Shown: positions 39,559 through 51,262 of the stretch, in pieces | How positions within the stretch are numbered: the stretch's first letter is position 1 | Layout of the letters: each line of letters starts with the position of its first letter | Assembly: GCA_028534125.1 (NCBI GenBank) | Contig: CM052817.1 | Span: 22,818,001-22,882,000, forward strand | DNA length: 64,000 bases | Source: Lama glama | Taxonomy: Eukaryota | Direction: 5' to 3' | Notes under the pieces: model-generated | Told to the model about the DNA's origin: nothing | The model's database searches: none | The model's input: the letters and a program-made list of their open reading frames with translations, nothing else | Made by a program: the position numbers and the translations under genes

Positions 39559-41266
39559 TGTTGCCAGAGAGTAGGTTCTTGTCTCCTCACAGAAAGAATT
39601 CAGAGACACGAAGTTCAAAAAAGTAAAATGAGGATTTATTAAGTGATAGGATGCTCTCAAGGGGAGAGCAGGTAGACTCAGATGAGGGCTGTAACTGAGT
39701 TTCTTTGGGAAGCTGGTTACATAAAGTTTAAAAATGAACTACAATGAGGTATCACCTCACACTAGTCAGAATGGCCATTATTCAAAAATCCACAAATGAT
39801 AAATGCTGGAGAGGGTGCAGAAAAAAAGGAACCTTCATACACCGTTGGTGGGAATGCAGTTTGGTGCAGCCATTGTGGAAAACAGTATGGTAATTTTCTC
39901 AAAAGACTAAAAATAGACTTACCATATGATCTAGCAATCCCTCTCCTGGGCATACATCCAGAGGGAACTTTAATTCAAAAAGACACATGCATCTCAGTAT
40001 TCACAGCAGCACTATTTACAATAGCCAAGACATGGAAACAACCTAAGTGTCCATCACAGATGACTGGATAAAGAAGTGTGGTATATTTATACAATGGAAT
40101 ACTACTCAGCCATAAAAATAATAAAATAATGCCATTTGCAGCCAGATGGATGGCCCTGGAGAATGTCATTCCAAGTGAAGTAAGCCAGAAAGAGAAAGAA
40201 AAATATATGATATCACTCATATATGGAATCCAAAAAAAAAAAAAGACAAATGAACTTATCTGTAAAACAGAAACAAACTCACAGACATAGAAAACAAACT
40301 TATGGTTACCAGCAGGGAAGGGAGTGGGAAGGGATAAATTGAGAGTTTGAAATTTGCAGATACTCACTGGTATATATAAAACAGATAAATAAGTTTATAC
40401 TGTATAGCATAGGGAATTATATTCAATGTCCTGTAGTAGGTGAAAAAGAATATGAAAATGAATATATGTAAATTCATGTATGACTGAAGCACTGTACTGT
40501 ACACTAAAAATTGACACATTATAAACTGACTATACTTCAATTATAAAAAGTAAAAAAAAAGAAAGAAATATATAGCACAATACCAATACACACTTTTCAA
40601 ACAAAAAAACAAACAACAACAAAAAAAAAAAACACACAAGTAGATGATGCTTCCATCATCCTAAAACTAGTTTTTGACCAGTATCAAAACCTTCTTTATC
40701 GAGGGTGTAATTACTATTTAATTCTTGAAAATGGTGTTCAAACTAACATGAAATTTTGTTCAGTTTAATAAAATACTACCTAATTAAAAATAAGCTTTAC
40801 TGTTATCTCTAGGGATATATTAATATCATTAAAAAGAATGTATGACTGAAAAAAAATGAGTAAGTGGAATATACATTGGAGATGGATGGGCCTGGGGTCC
40901 TATTCCCCAATTTCCATTCTAACTCTGCCTTCCCGAGGGGAGGAGGGATTTTGTCCTTATTTAGTCTCAATTGAAAGTGTCATGGTGTCAGTGCATGATA
41001 GGTACTTCTAATCTGCAAGTCTAATTTTACTGTAATGAGGGCTCAATGAGCAAAAGGTTACATTCAGATGCTGGAGATTCCTGCCTTTTCCCACCTTTCT
41101 GTGTGGTGACATTGTCACCTCAAAATGTAAGATTTCTCTGTCAGTCCAGAGGTTCCTGCTTTTCTCTGTCTGCCCAAGGACCTCCATTGTTCACAAGCTG
41201 TATGGCTTCCTGCTATTTGGCCTGTGCCCCTCTTTCTCTGCTCATATCTATCTGCCTGCTCTAACA
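39559..41266 (-). mobile_element. ERV1 (MER4/MER41-group) solo LTR of about 590 bp, split by an L1 insertion
   Basis: tgtt...aaca termini, TSD caat/aaat, minus-strand AATAAA near 39625. Its U5 end resembles that of the LTR at 46688-47151. Segments are 39559-39737 and 40860-41266. Confidence 0.8.
39738..40632 (+). mobile_element. Camelid-type L1, ORF2 C-terminus plus 3' UTR and A tails
   Basis: ORF 39796-40071 (LPYDLAIPLLGIHP, ALFTIAKTWKQPKCPS). Insertion at a ttt|aaaaa site with TSD aaaaatga (39730-39737 / 40852-40859). Confidence 0.93.
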
Positions 41267-41464
41267 AAATGACAGCATAATTTTTAAGAACAGGCCATTC
41301 TTTTGTATTTCTTAGTGTCCTTAACATTTAAGATTTGGAGTGAGGTAGGAATAGAAGGACGATTAAAGAGCAGGTCCTTATTATAATGTCTGGATGGACT
41401 TAGACAAAGAAGCAAAGGTGGATGATATTTTTGTTCAAAATTTAAAGATGCAAATAAGTAATTA

Positions 41465-41700
41465 AGACAGGAAGAGCTCAGACTCCAGCATCAGCGACCT
41501 GGTTTCAAGCGTCCATTACTCCGCTTTTCACCTTAGGCAAATTACTTATCTTCACTGAACTCATTCCACAATCAACAAAATGGATGTGACAACATTACCC
41601 TGCCTTCATTGGGTGGGTGTGAGTGGTCACTTTGTTAAGACATTTAACGTATTTAACATTTACCAGAGGGGCAGAGCTTAATGAATGTGAGATATTATGA
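41465..41700 (+). mobile_element. MIR SINE
   Basis: aagagctcagactccagcatcag..cctggtttcaa...ccttaggcaaattactta. Confidence 0.7.
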
Positions 41701-41802
41701 TGAAGAACACTTGGATTTTAGTGTTTAAATTATTTACATGGGTGACCCAATTCTTTTTATTTAGTTAACAGAGATGGAGCTACAAATTCCGTTTCTCGGA
41801 GC

Positions 41803-41945
41803 CAGTTTCCCAACTTGTTCTAATTATCAGAATCTGTTAGTGTACTTGCTAAAAATCCAGGTTCCCAAGGCCTTCCCTTGGAGATTTCAATCTAGTAGAA
41901 ATAGGGCAGAGCATGGGAATCTGCCAAGTTTTGGAAACGCAATCC
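41803..41945. mobile_element. MER5-type hAT-Charlie MITE
   Basis: cagtttcccaactt...atcagaatc...cttgctaaaaatccaggttcccaaggcc...gggaatctg. Confidence 0.65.
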
Positions 41946-42257
41946 ACGTGGCTAGAAATTAAGCACAATCCAAGTGAACATTTCTTAGTGCCTTAAAACA
42001 ATACAGATATTAGCCTGGAAATAAAGTATAAAGTCATTTTGTTTCCTCGTGATTTTTAAATATTTAAGTAACAACTAAACACTTCCTGTTCATAATTAAG
42101 ACTAAACAATTCTTTAGTTCTCTGAAATGATGAATTTTTAAAGGAGAAACACATATCTAAAATACTCTCCCCTCCAGTATAAATTGAGTATAGTAAATTA
42201 CATTAATTAACAACAACAAAAAATATATTTCTTTCCTTCTATATTCCCTCACCTTTA

Positions 42258-43260
42258 TGACGGGAGATGACTCTCTATGGGCCTTTTATGTTTCTGTGTA
42301 TCTTAGACCAGAGGCACTACTTTAATTTTTCAGACTATTTTTTTTAAGATGCATATAGGGAACTGGTGCAGAGATATTATCTCGTTCCAGAACAAAGGAC
42401 AGACATTCTCACTACCATTACAAAAGATTTGGGTTCCGAATCTCAGGGTCTGCCTCCTGTAATGAAACTCACTGTGTGTCTAAGTATCCTCTGGCCCTCT
42501 TTGCATAACTCTTTAGAAATTGGGGGTTGGAGTGTTAGGTAGTTAGATAAGCCGGCGCACCGGACAGATAGGTGGAGGAGAGAAGGATGGTCTGGAAGAT
42601 GGTATTATGCCCGCCTCCAGCATAAAGGGACTTTACTTCTCCCACATGAGTGCCAGCAAGAAACAGGTTAGACCCTGACAGCCACGACCTCACCGTAGCA
42701 AAAAGGACTTAACCAAAGGATTTAACTGGACATGACCTGATGTTCATTGTATTGTAACTAACATTGCGATTTAGGCTGCCCCTTTGAGTTTTTCTATGTA
42801 TACCATGGTAAGTACATGCTCAAAGGGATTAAACATGACTAAGCATTCCAGGAACAATAGCTGTCAACTAATCAAAAGACCATCTCTAAGAGAGTAGGTA
42901 TAAGAGAAACAGGAGACAGAGAACACCACAATTCCTCCTTGAATCAGCCCACCTCCTGCTCTTGTCAGCATATTATTCTCTTATTGCTACACAATGCTTT
43001 CCATCTCCCATCTATAAACCTTACCTTTCAGTTAAGACATGAACCAGGTTTTTTGTTTATTTGTTTGTTTCCCTAATGGGTAACAAGAGAACCAATAAAA
43101 TTGCTAATACACTGTTTACTGCCATTGCTGTGATTAATAAATTGCCATTTCTCTGATCCAGGAGACCCATGTCTTCTACCAGCTTTCAGGAAAGTGAGGC
43201 ATACTAACTTGTTGGCATGCAAATAGGGTAAAATCTGAAACACTTCACAGTTCTTGACCA
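42258..43260 (+). mobile_element. LTR47-like ERVL solo LTR, split by a younger LTR
   Basis: 5' part 42258-42532 (cattacaaaagatttgggttcc...ctggccctctttg). 3' part 43090-43260 (tctctgatccaggagacccatgtcttc...tagggtaaaatct...ttcacagttcttgac). Confidence 0.7.
42533..43085 (+). mobile_element. Younger ERV1-type solo LTR, 553 bp
   Basis: Inverted termini tgtta...taaca, 4-bp TSD ggag/agag, TATA-like gtataag near 42898, several retained CpGs. Confidence 0.8.
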
Positions 43261-45009
43261 ATGTACGTAATTTCTTTGTGTAAGCTGCTCTTTAGTTATC
43301 CTGAATATATGCTCTGCAATAAGTCTTGAAGATCTAAAGTTAATGGGAATCCTGATATGAATGGTGTTATGAAAGAAAGGAGAATTAAGAATGGCTGAAT
43401 TTTAGGTTGTAAATATGTACTTTGATTTCCAAAATCAAAGATTTTTAAAAGAGTGTAAAGTAAATTTAACACATCAACTAGTTCTCTGATAATATAACGG
43501 TATTTCTGCAAATGAATTTCCATGTGTTTGGCACTGGTTGACTTCAAATCTGTCTGTTTCTCCTTTTGATTCTAATCAAATATAACTGTTCTCAAGGGAA
43601 AAGCTTTGCTGTCTTTCCAATGAGTTATTTTTTTTCTGGGTTAACCCTACATAAGAAGCAAGTCTAAGTCACAATCAGGCAGCCAAACTGATGAGTACCT
43701 AGGAATTAAATTCATAAAAAGTTTCGAGAACAGAGATTCTTAGTTTACAGAGCAGGAAAAAAAAAGAGAGAGATAAAATAGATTAAAATTTACAAAGCTA
43801 GTCAGACATTGATCAGATTCAAGATAAAAATCAACAGCACAGAGTTTATGGCTCAAAGATAAAAATTAGTGTGAGAAAGAATGACTAGCCAGGGAGAGGA
43901 TACCTCAGGTTTCAGATGTCAGAGCATTACTGGGACTGTCCTTCTTTTAACTTATTCTTCAACAGCCTTAAAACCTCCCTGTGTTTATTTTCTTTTTGGA
44001 TTTTTAAAATATAACTTATTCTTTTTTTTCCTGTATCTTTGAGAAATCTCTCCATCCCACCATCCCCTGATACCTTGCCCACTTTAACCTCTGAGCAGAC
44101 CAATTGTACCATCAATCATGAATTTTTTTAAACTTGCTTAAATATAGCATCTCTTAATGGGTAAGAATCATCCACAACTTATTTTTCTCATCTCTCAAGA
44201 TAGTATTTTCACTTCCCATTTATGTTTTCTTATTTTCCTTTGCATGTAGATTCTGCATAATATATCATTCCCTTGGATTTATAAATATGAATTCCAAATT
44301 TTTCTTTCTCTTTGATTTGTTAGTAGGCTCAGATGGATAGTGACAATGATTCCTAATTCTTTTGAACCCTCTCCCAACATACACTGCTAAATGATGATAA
44401 TACCATGCTGCTGCCTTCACTAGACTATTTTCCTGCTGCCTCGCTTCTGATATCCTTAATCTCTGAATTATGATGCCAAGTGAAAAATACTTTATGGTAT
44501 TGGTCATATTTCTTCTTATTCAGTGTGGTTCTCGTGATTATTTTTGCCATTATCACTAAAAACAATTTCTGTCCAAGAAGAAACAAGACACATGTAGTAG
44601 TGACATCTTGACTTAACAGTACCAGATAGTATTTCCAAAGCTAAAATCAACAGAATTGATGCCAAGAAGAATTAACATGTCGCTCAATATTATCCTCCAT
44701 GGGAAGAAAGCCAATAAAGTGGTGTAGCTTGCCAAAACTCTGTAACCTTTTAATGTGAGCACAGTTTTTCAGTGTTATTTGTTATTTTTTGCAGGAAAAA
44801 AATAATCACAAACTCACTGCTTATGAAAACAGTTTGTTTCTTGGAAGTGAGATGGAGAGTTAAAAAAAAAAAAGAAAGAGCATAGATTGGAGTCTTATAC
44901 TGTATGTTCCCTTCCACATTATTTTAAAAGTTTTCCAAATATTGTAATTTATGCAATAGGTTTAGAAATAAATTGATTTACTAAATTGAGATGTATCTTA
45001 CAAGGTGAA

Positions 45010-45215
45010 ACTAGGTATGCTGAACTGAGCTTACACTGCCTTGGAATTGCCAACTGTCCACATTTCTCCAAACTCCAAGTTTCAGGGGTAACGTTCAGTA
45101 GATTGAAATTGGCTATTATGGGAGACTTTACACCACAGCAATCAGCAAATGATATATTAACATTTTTAAAATTTATTTATTTATTCTGAAGAACTGGTTT
45201 ATTGTAATACAGCTG
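45010..45215 (+). mobile_element. MER63A-like hAT-Blackjack MITE
   Basis: ttgaaattggctattatgggagactttacaccacagcaatcagcaaatg. Confidence 0.7.
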
Positions 45216-45376
45216 TTTATGACTAAAGATATAAGCATATAATCATGGTTTATTATTAAATATCAGAGGTTAGATCTTCTGTTCAAAAACCTCACCTCTT
45301 ACAAAAGCTTGAAGAAGTCACATGTAGGTAACAAACTGTGAGTTCACTGCAGATATTGGTTAGTGTTTAACTTCTT

Positions 45377-45930
45377 TATTTTTTATTGAAATATGGTTAC
45401 TTTACACTATTATATTACTTTCAAGTGTACAGCATAGTGATTCAATATTTTTATAAGATTATACTCCCTTTAAAGTTATTACAAAATAATGGCTACATTT
45501 CCCTGTGCTGTATGATATATCCCATTGCTTATCTATTTTAAACATAGTAGTTTGTATCTCTTAATCTCCTTCACCTGTCTTGTCCCTCTTCCCTTCCCTC
45601 TCCCTACCAGTATCTACTATTTCGTTTTCTGTATCTGTGTATCTGTTTGTTTTGTTATATACATCTGTTTGTTTTATCTTTTAGATTCCATACATAAGTG
45701 ATAACATACAGTATTTGTTTTTCTCTGACTTATTTTACTAAGCATAATACTCTCTAGGTCCATCCATGTTGTTCCAAATGGCAGAATTTCATTCCTTTTT
45801 ATGGCTGAGTAATATTCCACTGTATCTATATACCACATCTTCTTTATCCCTTCAACTGTTAATGGACGCTTGGGCTGCTTCTATATCATTTTTATGGTAA
45901 ATAATGCTACTATTAACATTGAGGTGAATG
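45377..45930 (-). mobile_element. L1_Art-like (cetartiodactyl) L1 3' end
   Basis: ttttattgaa...tacagcatagtgattca...tttccctgtgctgta...ctctaggtccatccatgttg...atggctgagtaatattcca. Degenerate ~16-bp TSD ending acttctt. Confidence 0.9.
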
Positions 45931-46687
45931 CAGCACTTCACTTCTTATTCTAGCTATTCCTACTTAGATTATTGCTAAGTAAAAAAAATATATTAAATAA
46001 ATTTTAGAGTTGACTATGTTTCTCTGTAGAATTTCTGCTCTTTACTGAACTTGGAAATCTAGCAAAAACAAGTGACTTTTTATTCTCTTAAAATCTTTGA
46101 TTTGAAAGATCATTTTCCAGTGATCATTTATTACAGTGTTTCTGAATTTTGAACAGAATACTACAATGTGTATTTTTCAAAGAAGGATTGCCAGGTGCCT
46201 AAGAATTATTTAATCATGACTTATTAAAGCACCACATGATTTGGTTAGCATTCTATGTCTCATAGTTTTAATCATGCTTATAAAATATAATGATATATTT
46301 AATCCATATTATAAAATCCATGTCATAAAAATATGGTTCAATATTCTTTCTTCTGAGGCATATATAGGAGATTATACCTATACATTTATATAACTATTAG
46401 TCAGTATTTTACCTCACAAGATAGGACTTGATTCTGTTTTTCTTACTATTGTATCTCAAGGACTCATATAATGCCTTAAAAAAAAGTTATTTTTTGAAAG
46501 AACAAGTAAGTAAACAGAAACAAATGAATAAAATATTATCTTTAACATAGTCTAAGATTTTTCTTCAAATAATTCTTTCTACAGAGTATTTTTTTTCCAA
46601 ATAGAGAAATGTGATGATTTCTTATTTGACCTTCTACCTTACAGTCTAAATACCACTAATCTTACTTTTGTCTCTGCTTGGAAAATT

Positions 46688-47151
46688 TGAGACAGGAGGG
46701 AAAGGGGCAAGGCACAACCATTAAAGAATGACACAACAATTGAGGTTAGGGCATAAACTGGTTAGAACCAAATCAGTCCAAGATGATGAAAGATTTGACT
46801 TCCAGTAGACCTTGAGCCTTACTACACACCCACGGTTGCTCTGACAGTTCCCAGGCTGATCATGAAAGGCCAAAAAATGGGTGAGGCCAATGGGTGAGGC
46901 CCCAATTCTTGAAAATCTCTGCCCCTTCCACAAAACAATTGGAATAATCCTCCCACTTGTTATCATATGAAATGACCCAGTCCATAAAAACTAACCATCC
47001 CAACACCTCAGGGCTGCCTCTCTTGCCTTCTAAAATGGCCTGGATTCTGTGTATTGAGTGTTTATTGCTCTATATAAATTTGCTTTTGCCTTACTATGGC
47101 TTGCTCTTGAATTCTTTCATGCTCAAGACAAGAACCTATTCTCCAGTAACA
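46688..47151 (+). mobile_element. MER41-like ERV1 solo LTR
   Basis: tgagacaggagggaaagggg...ccaagatg...ggaataatcctcccac...cttgaattctttc...agtaaca. TSD aatt/agtt. Confidence 0.85.
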
Positions 47152-48096
47152 AGTTTATCCTCTGCCTAGATTATCTGGTGAATGCCATTCAATTTTTATT
47201 TGTTTGATACCTTCCTTGATGAAGTGGGCCAACACAAAATTAATTCCGCTATCATTTGTTTAGTTAGATCTTGATGAAAACACATTAAGAATAATAAATA
47301 AAGGTTAAATTAAGCTAAAGGCATTCAATAGCACAAACATGGAATCATGTTTATTAATTGAGGGGTACATTTCCTTTTGCACATGTCTTTGCCTATTTTA
47401 ATTAACAACTTAAAAACTGGATTGAGTTACCATGTTCTTCTATTTTCTAGCCTATTTTCCTAGTGTTTTAGCTACTTTAATTATTGCTGATCACTGACCT
47501 GAAGCAAAGAAGCAATTTCTTGTTAAAGTACTAATTACCAGCTAAGTGCTTAGTATTCAGGGCATAGAAAGCAAGGAAGAAAAGTAAGAGTTAAGGTGAT
47601 AATAAAAAGTGCTTAAATTTGTATGCAATTCCAGCTTCAGAGACTGGATATCTTTTTTTCTATGTAAATTTTATAAAGACTCTCTATTTACCTTAAATAT
47701 TCTACCAAAAAGATAGTATATAGTGTATTAATAACCTGAGTCATATTTTTAAATGTTACAACAGTATGTAATAAACAAAAGATTTAATTTCCACTCTATT
47801 ATTGGTTACTGTAAGTACTTTTGCTAAGGAGAGAGAAAAAAAAAGCAAAGAAATTAGAGATTTATAATCATAATAAGTAAAAGCTCCCAAAATATTTATT
47901 TTAATCTAATACTATGGAGTTTCTTCAGACTTTGTTACTATATTATTCTAACCAAATAAGCACATAATCTGAAAAAAAAATTAAATTTTTATTGTGTACA
48001 CTCATTCAGTATAAATAAAAAGAGTTAAGGTTTAGCATATGTTTGTAATTAGGCAATTATACAAAAACCCACTTATTTTAAAATTAAGTTACATTT

Positions 48097-48601
48097 TGAT
48101 AGCCATCTCTGCCCCCTTGGGCCTCCTCCATCCCCTTTAGTGTACGCTGTGCATCTGCTCTAACCAGATCTCCTTAGGAGATAACACTGTAAAGGGTCGG
48201 GATGACCCTGATTCTGTTTTTATTACTATTGGATCTTAAGGACTGATACAACGTCTGACAGATAATAAATATTTTTTTTGTCAGGATGTATTCTTGTAAA
48301 GGGTCAGGATGACTGACTACTCCATAATTCCTTAGAAGATAACCTTCTTTCTTAATCTTATAAGGGGTCATGATGACCCACTTCTGGCTTTGCATGTGCA
48401 GATATGAACTGTGTAAGCTGTGCATCATTAGAAGTATAACCCTGTTTCAAACACTGACATAACTGTGTTTTGACCTCTAATGGGCAGAGCAGTCTTCAGA
48501 GATTCCTGAAAAACTGTCTCCTGGGTTATAATTCTCAGGTTGGCTTAAATAAATTTATACATTTCATTCTTAAGATTGAGTATTGATTTCTTTCATTGAC
48601 A
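48097..48601 (+). mobile_element. ERV1 LTR (MER34/MER39-like 3' end), probably 5'-truncated
   Basis: U3 carries three t(g/a)taa(a/g)gggtc(a/g).gatgac repeats. TATA-like tataa 48435-48439, actgtctcctgggttataattctcag, AATAAA 48548-48553, terminal ttcattgaca. Confidence 0.75.
48365..48379. promoter_or_regulatory. Perfect consensus estrogen response element (IR3) motif
   Basis: GGGTCAtgaTGACCC matches RGGTCAnnnTGACCY. Motif only; function untested. Confidence 0.5.
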
Positions 48602-48694
48602 ATATAAATTCATTAATAAGTATATTTTATTATTATTATTGTTTACCATTATGAAAAATAATATAAAATATCCATTTTATTTCAAATAATACTC

Positions 48695-48978
48695 AAACAG
48701 AAACAGACTCACAGACATAGAATACAAACTTGTGGTTGCCAGGGGGGTGGGGGGTGGGAAGCGACAGATTGGGATTTCAAAATGTAGAATAGATAAACAA
48801 GATTGTATGGTGTAGCACAGTGAAATATATACAGGGTCTTGTGGTGGCTCACAGCAAAAGAGAATGTGACAATTAATGTATGTATGTTTATGTATAACTG
48901 AAAAAGTGTGCTCTACACTGGAATTTGACACAACATTGTAAAATGACTATAACTCAATAAAAAAAAGTTTAAAAAAAA
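48695..48978 (+). mobile_element. Young camelid-type L1 3' UTR fragment
   Basis: Closely similar to 18220-18537 and ends in poly(A). Confidence 0.9.
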
Positions 48979-49149
48979 GTGGGATAGAGGGAGAGGAGGG
49001 AAAATGAGAGGCGAGGAGAAGAATTAAATGGGAAAAAAGGCAGGAAAAAGCATGTTACTACATAACACATCATTCCATCAGGGGACTGACAACAGACAGC
49101 GATATCCACCAACATACAGAATAATGTGATTCTATCCCAGTTTACCACT

Positions 49150-49305
49150 GAGGTAACTGGTATAGAAATCAGTTTATTATTAATTTACTAATGAGGAAAT
49201 GGGCACAGAGACATTAAGTAACCTGTCTGAGTCACACAGCTGTTAAGTCTGGCTTTCAATCTAGGTGAGTCTCACCCCAAAGATGATATTCAGAGTCACT
49301 ACACC
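49150..49305 (-). mobile_element. MIR SINE
   Basis: atgaggaaatgggcacagagacattaagtaacctgtctgagtcacacagctgttaagt. Confidence 0.8.
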
Positions 49306-50160
49306 ATTCACAAAAATAGCTTATGATGGGGCTAAAACTGACAAGCACAGGACCAAGCAGTGGCATATGAACCCCTCTCTCCACCTCCCATAGGACCCAT
49401 CCATTGGATCCCCAAGAGAACTTCTGACTGTGATGAAAACATTGTACCAGCAGAAGTCAAAGCCAAATGCCTGGATATGTGAATAAACTTACATGATGTT
49501 TATGATGAATATAAAAGTCAAAGTTCCTTTCCAAGGCAATGCTAATGCCCAGTGAATTTATCTCCCTCTTGCTCTCTCTGTGATGTAAGATACGGGATGG
49601 ACAGATGAGTCATGAGGTTCCTTCTGTGAGAGGGTTTTTGTGAAGTGTACCATATCATTGTTTAGGGAAATGCATAATGCCTTGTGGTGACAGGGCATGG
49701 GACCAGGCAGCATGAACAAAAGGACCTGTTGAGAATGGTCACAACTCTCAGTAGAGGGACAAGACACCAAGCATAGAGAAGTCTTAACCTTCTCATCCAT
49801 CAAAATGGCCAGAATTTATTAAAATGTTACAACAGTAAAAACATGTGAGTTCTATTTCATTGTGACTGTCAGAAATTATTCATAAGACACTTACGAACAA
49901 AGGAGACAAAATTACTTAAAATACCTAAGACCAGTTCCATAACCTAGGAAAATAAGAAGGTATAAAAAAGCACAATAAAAATCAAATATTTCCAGGGAAA
50001 AGGTATACTTAACAGATAGCCATAGCTCATAAAGTCTATCTTTTGTACCCGTGCTTCACTTTAAAGCAATTAAAATTCCTACAAAACGTGGAGCTTTTCC
50101 CAGAGAACTAACTCCTTTGGTGTTAATGAGCATGATTTTGCCATTATTCTGCAGCCACAG

Positions 50161-50645
50161 TAGTTGATCATGTAAGAACAGGGAAGTTCAGAAACTCTAC
50201 AAAATTGAAAATAAAAAATTAGTGCACTTAGCCGTGAGGCCAAGGGTTTGGATCAGAGAGGTCTGGGGCAAAAAAAAAAAAAAAAGAAAAAAAGAAAGAA
50301 AGAAACAATAGTGAAGCCTCGGGGCAGAGTCCTGGGTCCTTCTCAAGGAACATATACAACAATATATTTGAGTTGTTCTGCAGAAACCAAAGCCGTCATC
50401 CAGGTGGAGGATGGCAACTTCAGGCTGTGCGCAAGATTTCTGGAACACTGCCCTGCTGCCCTCACCCCAAAGTTTGCTTATACAAACTTTTCCCCCAAAA
50501 CCATAGGGAAGTTAGGGTTTTTCAAGCATGAGCACCTCTCCTCCAGGCTTGGCCCTGCAATAAAACTTTCTCTGCTTTAAACTTCGAGGTTTCGGTTTGT
50601 ATGGCCTCACTGTGTGCTGGGCGCACAAACTTTTGTTCAGTAACA
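50161..50645 (+). mobile_element. ERV1-type solo LTR (cetartiodactyl-like)
   Basis: ggccctgcaataaaactttctctgct...ggcctcactgtgtgctgggcgcacaaac...cagtaaca. 4-bp TSD acag (50157-50160 / 50646-50649). Internal A-rich tract at 50270-50305. Confidence 0.8.
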
Positions 50646-50896
50646 ACAGTGAAAGCCAAGTGGGCATCCACAGGTAAGAAAGAAGTTATCACTCAAAGAG
50701 GGGGTTCAGATGGCATTTTACAACCTCTGCATGACCTTGAGGGAGACAAGGTTTCTTGCTAGCTTTGCTTCTGATATCTGTCTATCCTCTCTCTTTCATT
50801 AAATTCAGGGTTACTTTCCTATTCTCCAGTTCAAGCTGATTTTCACCCTTTGAGTACTTACAAGTTTTATATCATCATCACAAATGAGTGATGCTG

Positions 50897-51262
50897 TGTC
50901 TTAGTCTGGGCTGCTATAACAAAAGGTACTATAAACTGAATGGTTTATAAACAACAGAAATTCACTCTTCATAGTTCTGGTGGCTGACAAGTCCAAGATT
51001 AACGTGCTAGCAGATTGGGTGTCTGGTGAGAACCCACTTCTTACATGGTCATTTTTCCACTGTAACCTCATTGGGCAGAAGGGACAAAGGTGCTTCCTAA
51101 GGCCTCTTTTTTAAAGGTACTAATTCTATTCATGAGACTTAATTCAAGACCTAATCACTTCCCAAAGGCCTCAAGACCCCACCTTCTAAAACCATCACCT
51201 TGGGGTTAGGATTTCAACACTGAAATTTGGTGGGGAGGGACATAAACACTCAGATAATGGCA
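50897..51262 (-). mobile_element. MLT1A-type MaLR solo LTR
   Basis: tgtcttagtctgggctgctataacaaaa...aagtccaagat...ccatcaccttggggttaggatttcaaca...gca. Confidence 0.9.

Noticed and set aside
48188..48380. Three spaced direct repeats superficially like a CRISPR array
   Set aside because: Mammalian DNA, unequal spacing, diverged units and no cas genes. These are LTR U3 enhancer repeats.
50248..50580. 110-aa ORF with a poly-lysine, NLS-like run
   Set aside because: It lies within an LTR, and the lysines come from an A-rich tract.
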